Made by a program: the position numbers and the translations under genes. 64,000 nt of DNA from the human T2T-CHM13v2.0 reference genome, Homo sapiens: the NCBI RefSeq assembly GCF_009914755.1, contig NC_060935.1; one strand, 5' to 3'. This document shows, one piece after another, positions 1-14,215 of this stretch (the first letter of the stretch is position 1; each line of letters starts with the position of its first letter). The notes beneath the pieces are model-generated. The model was not told the origin of the DNA, did no database searches, and saw nothing but the letters and a program-made list of their open reading frames with translations.

Positions 1-1000
1 GACCGTCGAAGACCCAGATGTGTTCCTGCAACCTTGCCAATAAGTATAAGTCCCTGACAGCCCCACCTCCCCAAGTGTTTCTAGCTTGTTTATTCCCAGG
101 TTAGGTGTCCCCTTGTTCTCCTAATTTCTACCTCTCTGGGAAGCAAAATGAGTGTCAATCACCCCTAAGCCTTGGCCCCAATGCTGCAGGCAAATAGTTC
201 TTTATCTCAACCTCTTAGTTCCTAGGTCTGTACTTTACACAGGATCAGTGTGTGTAATCTTTTGTTCTTTTGTCTTCACAGTAACTTAATTCCTGTGGTA
301 AGGGAGGATCATGTGTATTCTTAAGTGTGGGTCCTTATTATTTGTATGTAGTTTGCATCTGTATTCTGTCAGCTCATTAGTTTGTCCACTTTTCATTCAG
401 TTAATGACAAATGTGGAGTATGCAAATGTTTGACATTCAAAACAGACAGCTCTGCAGTTCTGTGCTTTTAGATCATTTACTCATTTCTTCTTAGAGATTT
501 ATCTAAATTAGCATGACAGTGGCCGTGTTTCCTCATAGTTGTACGTGTCCTTTATGGAGTTATATTTGGCACCCCAGAATTAGGAATGAGATCGTTAACA
601 TCAACAATTCATTGAGATAAACAGGACCAGTGTCCTTGTGCTCTTTTCATAGATGAGGAATCCACAATACCCAAGAGGTGCACTACTGTCTGGTGAGGTG
701 GTGGTGATGGCTCAGAATGCTCACTTGTGTTCATTCCTTTGGCATTCAGCTTTACACTCAGGGTAGAAGCAGCTATGATTTCTCCCATAAGAACAGCCAG
801 GTCTGTGCTGGTTTATCACATGCAGTTCTGTGCTTTTAGGTCATTTACTCATTGGCCAGTTCATGTCTCTGGGGAGACATGCACGCACGCACACACGTTA
901 TATTCCAGCCAAATCGAACCATGCTTATTTTCCAGAATGTTCCATACATTTTCCTACCTCTAAGTATCTGCAGACATTGTTGTTCTTGTTACTAGTATTA

Positions 1001-1165
1001 CAAAATAATAATAATGATAAAAATAGCTATCAATTATTGAGTGCTAATATCTTAACTCACATTTTCTTATTTAGTGTTACTATTTTCATGTTTAAGAGAT
1101 GAAGAAATAAGGTTTGGGGCATTTGGTGAGCCAGGACGTATTTCTGTCTCACTCTAAAGCTGCTC
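1001..1165 (-). mobile_element. MIR SINE fragment
   Basis: aataataatgataaaaatagctatcaattattgagtgct...agatgaagaaataagg...tctgtctcactctaaagc resembles the reverse complement of the MIR 3' end and core. Confidence 0.65.
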
Positions 1166-1319
1166 CCTCTGCCTCAGCGCTGCTTTCTTCCTGGTCACCT
1201 GGCTGACCGCAATTTATCCTTGGGACTCAGGGTATCTGTCTCTTGCTCTCTACCCCTCCCCACAAATCCCCAATCTATACTAAATGCTGCTCCCTTGAAG
1301 TGTCTACACCACCCTATAC

Positions 1320-1615
1320 TGTAATGTAGCACATTGCACACTGCACTACATTGGATAGCTTATCTGGCTAACTCCTTTACTACAGAAAGGGACCACCACA
1401 TCTGTCTGGTTTCCTGTTGTATCTCCAGGCTGAGTAGTGCTAGACTGTCATTGCTCAATAAAGGTGAAATAAGTGGCTGAAAATGACTTGGCAATTGTGG
1501 AAGGAGAAAGCTCCCCAGAACCCTTCAGCTATATAGAGATTGTTGCTCTTGAAGCCCCTCCTCTCCTAGCCCATAGCAGGTGATCAGCAAATATTTGTTG
1601 ATTGACTGAATGAAT
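1320..1615 (+). mobile_element. L2 LINE 3'-end fragments
   Basis: tgttgtatctccagg...gctcaataaagg and cccatagcaggtgatcagcaaatatttgttgattgactgaatgaat are typical L2 3' termini. Confidence 0.6.
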
Positions 1616-2913
1616 CTGATGAAGAGGAGTCTGAGCAATTAGTGACAGGGAGCTTTGGGAATCTGGCAGTGCCTCAGTTGCGGGTTGGAGGAGTAGGAGG
1701 AACTAGGGGCAGTGGGACGGGTATGGGTGTGAGTGTCTGATCCCATCTCTGAGTTGCTAACAGGCCATCTTTTATTTGGTTTTTGTGAGTTTCTGTTTTC
1801 TAAGTGGAACCTAAATGTCAGTTATGTAGGCAAAGAACAAAATAATTCTCTAGCTGCTATTTCTTTTCCAGCTGGCTTTATACCTACCATTAGAGAGAGA
1901 TGAAAGAGACCTATGGAAGGCAGATCTTACCTGGTTTTACATGCACATGTGTACCTGTGTGTGTGTGCCTGAGTGTGTGTATGCACACACACTCATGTGT
2001 GTCTCTCTGGGGACTGGGGAGAGGTTCTGTTTTGCCACCAGCCTCTCTTTGAAAGGCATTGCTGTCATCACAGTGAAACATGTGGCATCAAAGCAGCAGC
2101 AGCAATTATGCCACCATTTGGATGTCTGTGCTATGGCAGCATCTGTTGATGCTTTGAGACTCTTCTGCCAGGATTTCGCCGCCAAACCATCTGAACCATA
2201 TGTTCTCATCAGCAGGAATACCAGCATCCCAAGTCTTTCAGGGGTGAGGCATCATAGATCAATGACCGACATCTCGATCTGGATAAGCACAGCTTGTGTT
2301 TGGCTTAGATAGCGGAGGGGAGGGGATGGGATGTTTTGCAATTTTGATTTTTGAAACAAAGGTATTAAAAATAATGTGGAATTTACTTATGATCCACAAT
2401 AATTGGCAGTGTAATTAATGGATTAATTAATTACGAGTGCAGTATTTTTCCAAGACCTAATCTACTGGCTCGTTAGTGAGAAGAATCATTAAGCAGAATA
2501 GCATGAAGGGCTTCACTCAGAAGCAGTTGTTTTTGTAAGTGGCACTAGAGTTTCTTTAACTTCTGGTCAGGGAGGGTCTCACTTTCTGTTGACACTAACA
2601 TGGGGATTTTATATGCTACTGACTTGTTATGTTGTAATATCTCAAGAATTGCTCTTGATTGCTTTCTAATTGTTACAGATGTACGTGTTCTATTATCTAT
2701 CCCTCTTTTTCCTAAAGAAGAGAGATGCTTGTCAAGGGTGGGGACTGCATCTCCTATTCCTTTCCACTCCTAGAAACCCACCACAGCACTGGACATGTAG
2801 GAGGTGCTCAGTAATTCACTCAAGGAAAGAATAACATTGGCAAGTAAGACTTATTTAGGAGGCACTATAGTGTGGTTAAGTCACTGATAGATTATAAAAA
2901 TTAAAACTTTTTA

Positions 2914-3180
2914 GGTCTGGCAGCGGCTCACACCTGTAATCTCAGTACTTTGGGAGGCCAATGCAGGCAGATCGCTTGAGCCCAGCAGTTAGAGACCAGC
3001 CTGGGCAACATGGCAAAACCCTGTCTCTATGAAAAGTACAAAAACAATTAGCTGAGGGTGGTGGCATGCACCTGTAGGTGGAAGGATTGCTCAAGCCTGG
3101 GAATTGGAGGCTGCAGAGAGCCGAGATTGTGCCACTGTGCTCCAGCCTATGCTGGAAAGAAAGAAAGAAAAGAAAAAAAA
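2914..3180 (+). mobile_element. AluJ with internal deletions
   Basis: Alu left arm with J-type gatcgcttgagccc; right arm lacks tcccagctactcgggaggctgag; A-rich tail. Confidence 0.9.
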
Positions 3181-3257
3181 TTAAAAGTGGGAATATAAAC
3201 TCACCCTTTCCACCACCAGTTAGAAATAACCATTCTTATTATTTTGGGGCAACAAGC

Positions 3258-3365
3258 AAGAGGCAGTTTTGCTACCTAACGTGAAATCACAGCTCTGTCA
3301 CTGCTCAGCTGTGGGATTTGGGCAAATTCCTTGATCTATTGGTATCTCAGTTTCCTGAGATACAA
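3258..3365 (+). mobile_element. MIR fragment
   Basis: cagctctgtcactgctcagctgtgggatttgggcaaattccttgatct...ctcagtttcct is the MIR core. Confidence 0.7.
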
Positions 3366-3659
3366 AAAAAGAAAAAAAAAACTTTATCAAAAAACTCTGT
3401 ATCTTATTTATATATATAACAAAAATTTAAAGGAAAAAAACTCTCATTTTAAAATTGAATCTACAGTCTTTCCATTTTCTTGGACAATTTAAAATTAATA
3501 GGAAAAAATTTGTTATTATAGATGCCATAGAATATTCGTACTTACCAGTTATACAGATGAAGGCTATTGGAGTCTTTAAAACTGGTAAAAGTTTCTAGTT
3601 CTTTTCCTACACTGCCTAACTTTTAAAATTAAAGCACATTAAATGTATCCTCAGAATTC

Positions 3660-3766
3660 AGTTCCCATTAAGGCAGGGATGTCTGTTTTGTTTTCTGCCA
3701 CACCCATTGGCTAGGAGAGTAACTGGTATATAGTAGGTGTTGAATATTTGCTGAATGAATGAATGA
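3660..3766 (+). mobile_element. L2 3' end
   Basis: aggcagggatgtctgttttgtt...tagtaggtgttgaatatttgctgaatgaatgaatgaa. Confidence 0.75.
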
Positions 3767-4307
3767 ACCCAAGGTCCTTTCCAGCCCAGTTGAGAGTGAG
3801 TAGTATAAAATAACCATTTTCCTGCTTAATAACATTAGCTAAAATATTTTCAGGAGTACTAAAGACATTTTCCTCCAATTTTTCCAGATATATTCTCTTT
3901 TGGTCCTTTACCAATTTCTCACTTTGTCTTCCTGTAATGCTGAACGACTTGAGTTTAAATAGGTACTTGAATTGATTGACAGTATTGACATTGTTCAGCA
4001 CTTAAGAGTCTCACCTATCATATATAGTGGGTGCTCATTAAGTATTTGTAGGAACAGTGCAGCTTGTCTGATTACCTATCAGGTCTCTTCTGTACATGGC
4101 CACCTTTTTGCTCATTAGTATTTATAAGCCAAGGCTGTATGCAATTATGCCCAGGTCTTTCATACCAGCCTCATCTCTTACCATGCCTGTCGAGAGTTCA
4201 GCACTACAGCCTCATCACAGTTCTCTCTGTTCTACAAGGATGCCCTTTTTTGCATGCCTTCTTTTTCCTCCTTGCTTTGCATCCCTATGACCCAGATTCA
4301 GTGTCAC

Positions 4308-4718
<411 letters not shown>

Positions 4719-5407
4719 TAGGAGAAATTAGTGTTTTACCCTGTCTCCTCTCCCCTACAGCCACTTCACTCTAACATCCAGTCAGTCATGGGCACATCCA
4801 GACCCTGTCAATGTTTACAGAAGAAGATAATAGCTTCCTTCACCTACAAGCATAGGAGTAAATAGGTGTTACATCTAATAAATCTGAAGGGAATGGTGCA
4901 CTTTCATGAGCCAGGCATTTTACAACTTTAATGCTCAAAAACTTTCCAAGATGAATATGATCATGAATCTACTTTGTTCTGAGGAAACAGACACTTGGAG
5001 CAGCTGAGTATGGTGTTAAAGTGTAACTAGTCCCAAACCAGGATTTGTTTACTTATCTAAACCTTGGTAGCTCTGCTTTCCTGGCTGCCTTTTTGTCTCA
5101 TATACAGGTGTTTTATCTAAGCCAGAGGGGCAGAATTTACAAGTGCATACACTTACTCTCATACAGCCTGGCAATGGAAGATCCCGTCTACATGTATGGA
5201 TAAAATCATGGAGTGGTTTATTGCCAGTAGGAATTGGGTATTGAGGTATGTGGTATGGATCAGTGGCCTCTCCTGGCCCATTGGTGGAGAACATCCAGGG
5301 ACCCCGTGGAAGTGCAAGGCTGAGATGAGAAATCACAGCTCAGAAGTCAGCCATGGTGGGTCTCCCCATCTCATCATACCGTTCTTAGTAACAGAATAAG
5401 TCACTAA

Positions 5408-5765
<358 letters not shown>

Positions 5766-6664
5766 TAAATAAATGAGATTTGGTGATAGTGCAGTTTTTA
5801 TCAATTAATGATAGTACAATCCTATCTTACAGGAATTTCATGACACCTCACTTGTGCCACCAATGTGTGCTACACTAGACTGTAGTGGGGCTAAAACTGT
5901 TAACAAAATCCTTTTTGGTTTGGTCTTTATATATATAAAAAAAATTAACTGCGATTTTTGGGGGGAGTTGGGCACTAAGCAGTACATTTGCCCAGATGTT
6001 AAAAGTTAATTTCTAAGGGATGGGGAGATTTTGTTTATGGTATGGGAAGGAAGCTTAAAGGGAATTAGTTTAATTGTGTCAGAATATTAAGCAATCTTCT
6101 GCCATCTGCTGTCAGCAGCGCATGGGTCCCCTAAGGTTCGCTTTTCCATTACTCTGACTTTCTCCCCATCTAGATGGAGTTCCCAATATCATTAACATGC
6201 CTCACATAGTTTCTTTTGAAGCTTTGGCTGGGTTAAATCACTTTTACTTATGCAAAGTGGATTGACTAAAACCTTTTCCCCAAACACCTGCCAGACCAGC
6301 TATTTTTGTTTCCCCTTGCAATGGACTCATAGCAAGTCTCACGCATGCATCACCAGATCACCAGCTACTCCGTTTAATTGTGCTGCTCTTTCCACTCATC
6401 CTCAGAGAGAAGCTCGCTTTTTCCAGAAACTGCCTTCCATCCCCCGCTTGCGAACACGCCACCTCTTCTCCTTCCCAGAATTTTTTTTTTTTTTTTGCCT
6501 GCCTTCTGTCTTAAGGGGATTGCCCAGATAGATATCAGTGACACTCTATTTGCCTGTGTTATGGAATACTATTTTACAAACTTTTTTTGACTGTAATCTA
6601 CAGTAGGAATTAGAGTTTACATTATGACCCATAATACACACAAATACACACATACATACATACT

Positions 6665-7443
<779 letters not shown>

Positions 7444-7579
7444 AATAACTCACCTTAAATAATGCCTTCATGTTCTGTTCTGTTCTAGTTTATTCTATTC
7501 CATTCCATTATTTTGTTTAGACATGTTTGTTGCTTTTCACTAACTTGATTTCACATTGATTTGAAAATACTGTTTGGGA

Positions 7580-7730
7580 CAGTGTTCTGAGTCTGAATCC
7601 TGGCTTCTCTGATTTTCAGTTTCTTCACATAATAAACACAATCTTACTTCAGAGGATTGTAGTGAGAATGAAGGAGAAATAAGAGAAAGTACTTGGTAAG
7701 GTAAATACAGTAAAGACAAGTAAAAATGAG
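7580..7730 (+). mobile_element. MIR fragment
   Basis: ctgagtctgaatcctggcttc...cagtttcttcacataataaa...cagaggattgtagtgagaatgaa. Confidence 0.6.
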
Positions 7731-9732
7731 CAGGAAATCAGGAGCATTAATCTGTTCAATGAAACTATATAGAATCCTTTATATCTGATATGATCAGGAC
7801 CTTGAGTTGTTTGTTAACCAAATAATTCAGTGAAAGTGTGGGATTATTAGCAATTACATACACATATATACACATATTAAGATGTAAATAGTTTATGAGT
7901 TCTCCAGCCTTTTAATGTAAGACTAAGAGTTTTGTGGTTTTGTTAAGAGTCCTGTGATTGATATCAGACATCATGTTTCTTGCATAAAGCCCATATCATC
8001 TACTGACCATTTCCTCTGGAGTTTCTTTATAATGGAGTGAAAATTTCAAAACACAAAATAACCTGAGGATAGAATTCGGACTAGAGATTCCTTTACCAGT
8101 AGAGGAAATAGTTAATGATATTCCTGTAAAATTTTAAGATTCTTTTGTCCACATCTAATTTGATGGGTGATTTTTAAAAAATTGATTCTCATTTAATTTT
8201 CTTTCTGTGCACACTCATATGAAATATTTAATTAAATTATAAAATGTTGTTAACAAAACTGGCAAACTAGTAAAACTAGTTTGGGGAACAAACTCAGTTG
8301 ATTCTTGACACGCCCACAACTTGGTTGGTGGGAGCAGAAGAGGAAATATCCTACAGAAATGCCTATTTTCCATGACCCTTTATTCCAGCTATGGGCATGG
8401 GTTCGTATTTTACAGAGGAAATGGAGAGCAATGGTTGATTTGGTGAGCCCCTTAAGTGGCAGTGGATTAAGGGAGCTTTTACCTTTTAACAACCACTTAC
8501 GCAAATCAGTTGTCAGCCACAGACAGCCTAGATGTTTTAGGAGACCCTTGTGTAAACCTTCTGTAGCACTAATATCCGTGTATTCACCAGGGATCCAGGG
8601 TATGTGATCAAAAGGCAGATCTGGCCAACAGGAGGTGCAATACAGACAGAGTTGAGTTGTTCACTAAGTGTTTTTCTTCCTGCCTGCTATACTTCAAGAG
8701 TCTGTTGGTGTGGGCTTGGGATGTATATATTCTTATTGAGGCACAGACTATTGGCTTTCCTTGGCTCTTGCCCAACACCTCTGAGATTGTCAGGAAGGGA
8801 AAATACACTTCGCAGTGGAGTAGCTTTCTCTATTAACGTGGGTGACTTTTTGCCTGTGTTAGTATTTTTATCTAGCAAAATGAGTTGAAGCTGAACTTTT
8901 AAAAAGACATATGCATAATTTCATCAGGTATTTATTATTAAATGTCAAGTGATGATATATTAACTTAGTGAGGTAATGCCAAAGAAATCCACAGAAGGCC
9001 TGAAGTCTGGCTGTAAATAGCTGAGAGCCATTTTCTTTGTAACTGTCTTAGGTTTGGATCACTTATCCACAAAATGTATAGGCTTTTGACTTTGATTGTG
9101 TCCTTCTAAGTGTTTTCTCTGCAGATCACAGTCCTCAAAAAATAGACCTAATATTCAGAAGATAAGGTTAATGAGAAATGGCGAGTATTGTAAATGGACC
9201 AAATTATGAAAGAAACCAAAATAAAGACAAAGATTTCTGAAGTTAAAAGTACTGTAGTTTGGCAATAAAAGGTCATATCATTGCATATTTGTGCATTACT
9301 TACTTCCTGTCAGATGCGCATTTTCTTATAAACAGCGCTATGAAGGAGGTACTTTCTATAAAGTTTTTTCTCCAAAGAAACAGACACTTGGACATTTAAA
9401 TACTAGATAAGTAACAACAGGGTAAGCCACCTAAATAGAAGGGAGATAAATATCAAAATTAAATATAATACATAATAAAGTTATGAAGTAAGTTGATATG
9501 AACAGCAAATGAGAGGAAGCACAGATCAATAATATTCAAAAGAGTATATAATTTCATAATTAAAAGATTTATATAAGTATGTACAGATACTCACTAAGAG
9601 AATACCATAAAAACAATCTGCTGGTAATTTACAAAACCTAAATGAAATGGAAAAATCCTGGAACAAATATAGATTATTAAACTTGACCTAAGAACAAATA
9701 GAAAATCTGAAAAGATTAAAACCATAAAGAAG

Positions 9733-11681
9733 GAGACACCTTGTTTCAACCGTGACATATATAGAGTTTGGAAGTCCTTATTGCCATTCTTACAACAAGA
9801 GAAAAATGAACTAACTAGAAATTTACTTTTCTTGAGATTTGGTTACCTGGAGCAGAAACCACCAGATGCCATAAGCTGGCGGGGATACTTTACTAGTTAT
9901 TTTGATGAATTGCTGGAAACTGAGTGCAGGCTAGTGGGAGATTAATAAGCTCCTGGGAGTTGCTGTCTAAGGGGATCTTCACACTTTCACAGGCTTTTCC
10001 CCCTGGAACTCTACCAGGTGCTCAGTAAGAGGACCCTCATGGCTCTGGGATAGGGGCTTGAAGGGGAGTAGCCTTCGTGAAACCCTTCCTGACTCTTCTC
10101 TCTAACAAAGACCTCATCTCTAGGAGGAAAGACTTCCCCACAGGGCAATTCTGAAAACTTATCCCAGCTGGGAGACGAGAATTTGGTCCAAAGAAATAAA
10201 AACCATAGTCAACAGGGGAGCTTCAAGGTAATAACCAGGAAAGGGACTAGAGCTGAAGGTTGGGCAGAAATAAAGCTCTACCTGTGAAGAGGGACAGAAA
10301 CACATCTGAAATTCACACCCTTGAAACACAGCCTCACTGAAAGACTGAGGCTTAATTAAGAAGACTTGCAACACCATCCTCCCCTACACTCCACCACAAT
10401 GACAAGGCTCCAGTAATAATAATAGGGGAGCCCAGCTGAAAAGCTGCAAGGAACAGACTCTCTGTGAGAATCAGTACAAAGGTAAGCCCCAAAGCTAGGA
10501 GGAGAGGAACAAAGAAGCCTGCTATAGGAATTTGAAGACTTTGGCACCAGTAGCTACAATAAACATTAAACACAGCTCATCTCAGATTAATAGAAATTCT
10601 CACACCAATGGCCTATTTACTTCAGTGCCTATTATCCTATAGAACATGTCTGGCTTTCAACAAAAATTTACAAGGCATGCCAAAAGGCAAAGAAACAAAA
10701 AACATCCAAAGACATAAAGCAAGCTTCAGAACCATACTCAGATATGACACAGATTTTGCAATTATCAAGTAATTTAAAATAATTATGTTTAATTTGTTAA
10801 AGGTTCTAATGGAAAAAGTATACAACATGCAAGCCTATATAGGTAATGTAAGCTGAGATATTAAAACTAAAAAAGAATAAAAGTAAATGAAATTAAAAAT
10901 TAAAACCCACAATAATGGAAATAAAGAATGTTTTCAACAAGTTCATAGGTAGATAACACAACCACGGGAAAAAATATTGATGAACTTGAAGATAAGTTAA
11001 TAAACCTTCCAAAACTGAAATGTAAACCAAGAAAGGATGGGGAAAAAAGAGACAGAAAATTCAAGAGCTGTGGGAAAGCATAAATGACGGATAATGTTTT
11101 CAGGGTGAGTCTTTGTTTATTTTCTGTCCTAGGGGAGAAAATAATTAGAGTAATATTACTCAAGAATTCTCGGTCTGGGTGCAGTGGCTCACACCTGTGA
11201 TCCCAACACTTTGGGAGGCTGAGGCAGGCAGATCTTTTGATCTCAGGAGTTCCAGACCAGCCTAGGAAACATGGTGAAACCCTGTCTCCACAAAAAAATA
11301 CAAAAAAATTAGCTGGACATGATGATGCGTGCCTGTAGTCCCAGCTACTTGAGAGGCTGAGGTGGGAGGATCACTTGACCTGGGAGGTTGAGATGGCAGA
11401 TAGCTGAGATCACACCACAGCGCTCCAGCATAGGTGACAGAGTGAGACCCCCTCTCAAAAAAAAAAAGAAAGAAAGAAAAGAAAAAGAACTTTCCAACAT
11501 TAATAATAGACACAAAACCATAAGTCCAAGAAGCTCAGGGAACACCAAGCAGAATAAGTATCAAAAACCAAAAAAAAAAAAGGCCAGCACCAAAAACCCC
11601 ATAGCTAGACATGTCATATTTAAAACTGCAGAAAACCAAAGGCAAAGAGAAAAAACCTTAAAGGAAGGTGGGGGCAAGGGA
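9733..11681 (+). mobile_element. L1MD/L1MC-type 5' region (5'UTR plus decayed partial ORF1)
   Basis: acatgtctggctttcaacaaaaatt...cagaaccatactcagatatgacacagatttt...ctaatggaaaaagtatacaacatgcaag...tcatatttaaaactgcagaaaaccaaagg is typical of old L1M 5' end/ORF1. Confidence 0.75.
11172..11484 (+). mobile_element. AluJ inside the L1MD fragment
   Basis: Full Alu with ggaggatcacttga; TSD aagaattctc (11162-11171) / aagaactttc (11485-11494). Confidence 0.93.
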
Positions 11682-12479
11682 CATAAAGAAGTGGAATTAG
11701 AAATCAAAACTTGTCCACTCTCCCTTTCCACCTCCACCCAACCATGCCTCCTTCACTAACAAGATAGCAGGCCCATCAGTCTTACAGACAAGTTTACTTG
11801 CAAACTTGGTAGTACCATGGCCTCAGCTTACATACGCAGAGCTTGAGCTCCTCTCCACCATTCTGTCTCCAAAGAAAGAAAAATGAAGATGGATATGGGG
11901 GGACAAGTAGATGTAATGTCAACAAGAAGAAAAAGTCTGTGGTACCTGAGCAAGATGTCTGTTTACATTGATTTTGTATTTGAGGTTTTCTTTCTTCTTT
12001 TTACTTTACCCACTCTTCTAAGTTCCCACACTCAATGTCTTCTTAAATTGTTTAATTCAAGGATTTTTCACTTACTTGCTGTGTTTCCCTGAGCCAGTCT
12101 TATTTGCTTATTTTTCCCTAAAAAGGAATGTTCTTTGTAACATTGAGAAGGCTCCCAGAAACAGTGAGTTAAATAAAATTCATTGCAGTATGTGATTAAG
12201 TGCCAGGTGGATATTGCAAAATGTAAATGTGATAGGAGTTTAGAGATGAGAGCTGGAGGTACAATATAGGAAGATATAAAAGAGTTAGATTTGAGGTAGG
12301 CCTTAAAATTTGTGGTTGCTATTTACAGAGGTGGAGCTTATTTCCAGGGGTGTTCTAGGCCAGGACAACTGCACTACTAAAGGCCCAGGGCGGGGGAATG
12401 TGTAGGACAATGCACTGGCTCATTTGCTCCATCAGCAGAGAAAAGTTTATATTATGGAGTGTTACAAAACAAGTATGGG

Positions 12480-12800
12480 GGCCGGGTGCAGTGGTTCGCA
12501 CCTGTAATCCAAACACTTTGGGAGGACAAGGTGGGAGGATCACGAGGTCAGGAGATGGAGACCATCCTGGCTAACATGGTGAAACCCCGTCTCTATGAAA
12601 AATACAAAATATTAGCTGGACATGGTGGTGGGTGCCTGTGGTCCCAGCTACTTGGGATGCTGAGGAAGGATAATTGCTTGAACCTGGGAGGCGGAGGTTG
12701 CATGAGCCAAGATTGTGCCACTGCACTCCAGCCTGGGCCACAGAACAAGAGTCCGTCAAGAAAAAAAAGGGAGAGAAAGAGAAAGAAAGGAGGGAGGGAG
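12480..12800 (+). mobile_element. AluSc-like with GA-rich tail
   Basis: ggatcacgaggtcaggagatggagaccatcctggctaac. Confidence 0.93.
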
Positions 12801-12867
12801 GGAAAAGTTGTATATCCTACCCTGAAGAGAAAAACAACTACAGGTTTTGGAACTTTCATCCATAAAC

Positions 12868-13095
12868 TCATTCATTAGTTCCTCCATTCAACAAATATCA
12901 AGGATCTGTATATGTCAGTCCCTACACTACCACAGAGAGTACAAATATTAAAAAAGACATTATTCCTGCTTCCAAGGAGCTTTACTTCTAGAAAGACAGA
13001 TGTGTTGATGGCTAAAACACACTGTGACAAGTGCTGTACTAGTGGAATGTATGCTGGGTACAGGATAGCCAGAAGAAGGAGTGATTAATTCTGTC
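12868..13095 (-). mobile_element. L2 fragment
   Basis: cattcaacaaatat...cctgcttccaaggagctttacttctag...tgtgacaagtgctgta. Confidence 0.7.
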
Positions 13096-13353
13096 AGGTA
13101 GGAAGAAGAAAATAAAAAGAACTGGGAGAATGGAATCCCAAGTAAACTACCCTGGATAACCTAGTAGCTAATCCACCTTTGTCAAATTCTCAACATTATT
13201 TCTCAGTGAGTGTTCATTTGACCTTTGAGGTCTTCTGCTTGTCTTTGGTCACAGCCTAACTCCATTGTTTGAAGACCATGTCACCATGGTACAATATGGC
13301 AGGTGGATGAAACTGACCTACTGGCAATTTCCCCAGGTACCTCTTACTTCCCA

Positions 13354-13856
13354 TGATGGCTAATTTTATGTGTCCACTTGCTTGGGCCAAAGGATGCCCA
13401 GATAGCTGGTAAAACATTTCTACATTTGTTTGTGAGGATGCTTCTGAATAGCATTTGATTCAGTAGACTCAGTAAAGAATGCCCTCACCATTGTGGGTGA
13501 GTATCACTCAACCCAATCCATTGAGAGCTCATGTAGAACAAAAAGGCAGAAGAAGGGCCATTCACTCTCTTTGCCTGAGCTGGGACATCTATCTTCTCCT
13601 ACCCTTAAACACAGATGCTCCCGGTTCTTGGGCCTTCAGACTCAGATGGTAACTTATACCATTGGCTTCCCTCGTTTGCAGACCTTTGGGTTTGGTATGG
13701 AATTATACCACCGACTTTCCTGGGCCTCCAGCTTGCAGACAGAACATCATGAGACTTCTCAGCCCCCATAATCATGCAAGCCAACTCCTCATAATAAATC
13801 TCTTTCTGTATGAACCCAGTTGGTTCATTTTTTTCTGAATAACACTGATTAATATA
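13354..13856 (+). mobile_element. MLT2B/C ERVL solo LTR
   Basis: tgatggctaattttatgtgtccacttg...gatgcccagatagctggtaaaacatt...ataataaatct...aacactgattaatata. Confidence 0.9.
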
Positions 13857-14215
13857 CCACCCTATCCTGTGTTCTTCCTCATGACCATTTTCTCCCAAGC
13901 AGATCTCTCCTGTTTGACAGATGTTTCACTTTGGGGCATGGAGGTTGCTTCACTCTGATCATGGAGGATACTTTTCCAGTGCCTTCTCATGGTGCTCTAG
14001 AGGATCACAGGCATCATGGAGGGTGCACCTGGGAGCATCCTTACAACAGCATCTGCTGCAATATGAAATTCATTGTGGCACAACCTTTCTCAAGCCCTTC
14101 TCCAAAGAGGTTTATTATTCAGCAAGAACTTGCTGTAATATGATCTCATTTAATAATCTTTCCAGTGGCTTCTAAGGATGGCATTCAAACAAGGCTCCAG
14201 TTTATACATTAAGAT

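Larger units (their letters stand above)
9440..11810 (+). mobile_element. Old L1M (L1ME-like) ORF2 fragment, split by a nested L1MD-type element
   Basis: aaacctaaatgaaatggaaaaatcctggaa...aaatagaaaatctgaa...cataaagaa resumes at 11682 as aaagaagtggaattagaaatcaaaac...caggcccatcagtcttacagacaag, collinear with L1 ORF2. Confidence 0.6.

Noticed and set aside
1970-1995. 11-bp hairpin tgagtgtgtgt/acacacactca as a small-RNA precursor
   Set aside because: Arises from adjacent TG and CA simple repeats and is too short for a pre-miRNA
1941-2312. 123-aa ORF with a Q5 run
   Set aside because: Starts in a (TG)n repeat, resembles no protein I know and lacks convincing flanking splice sites; better read as non-coding
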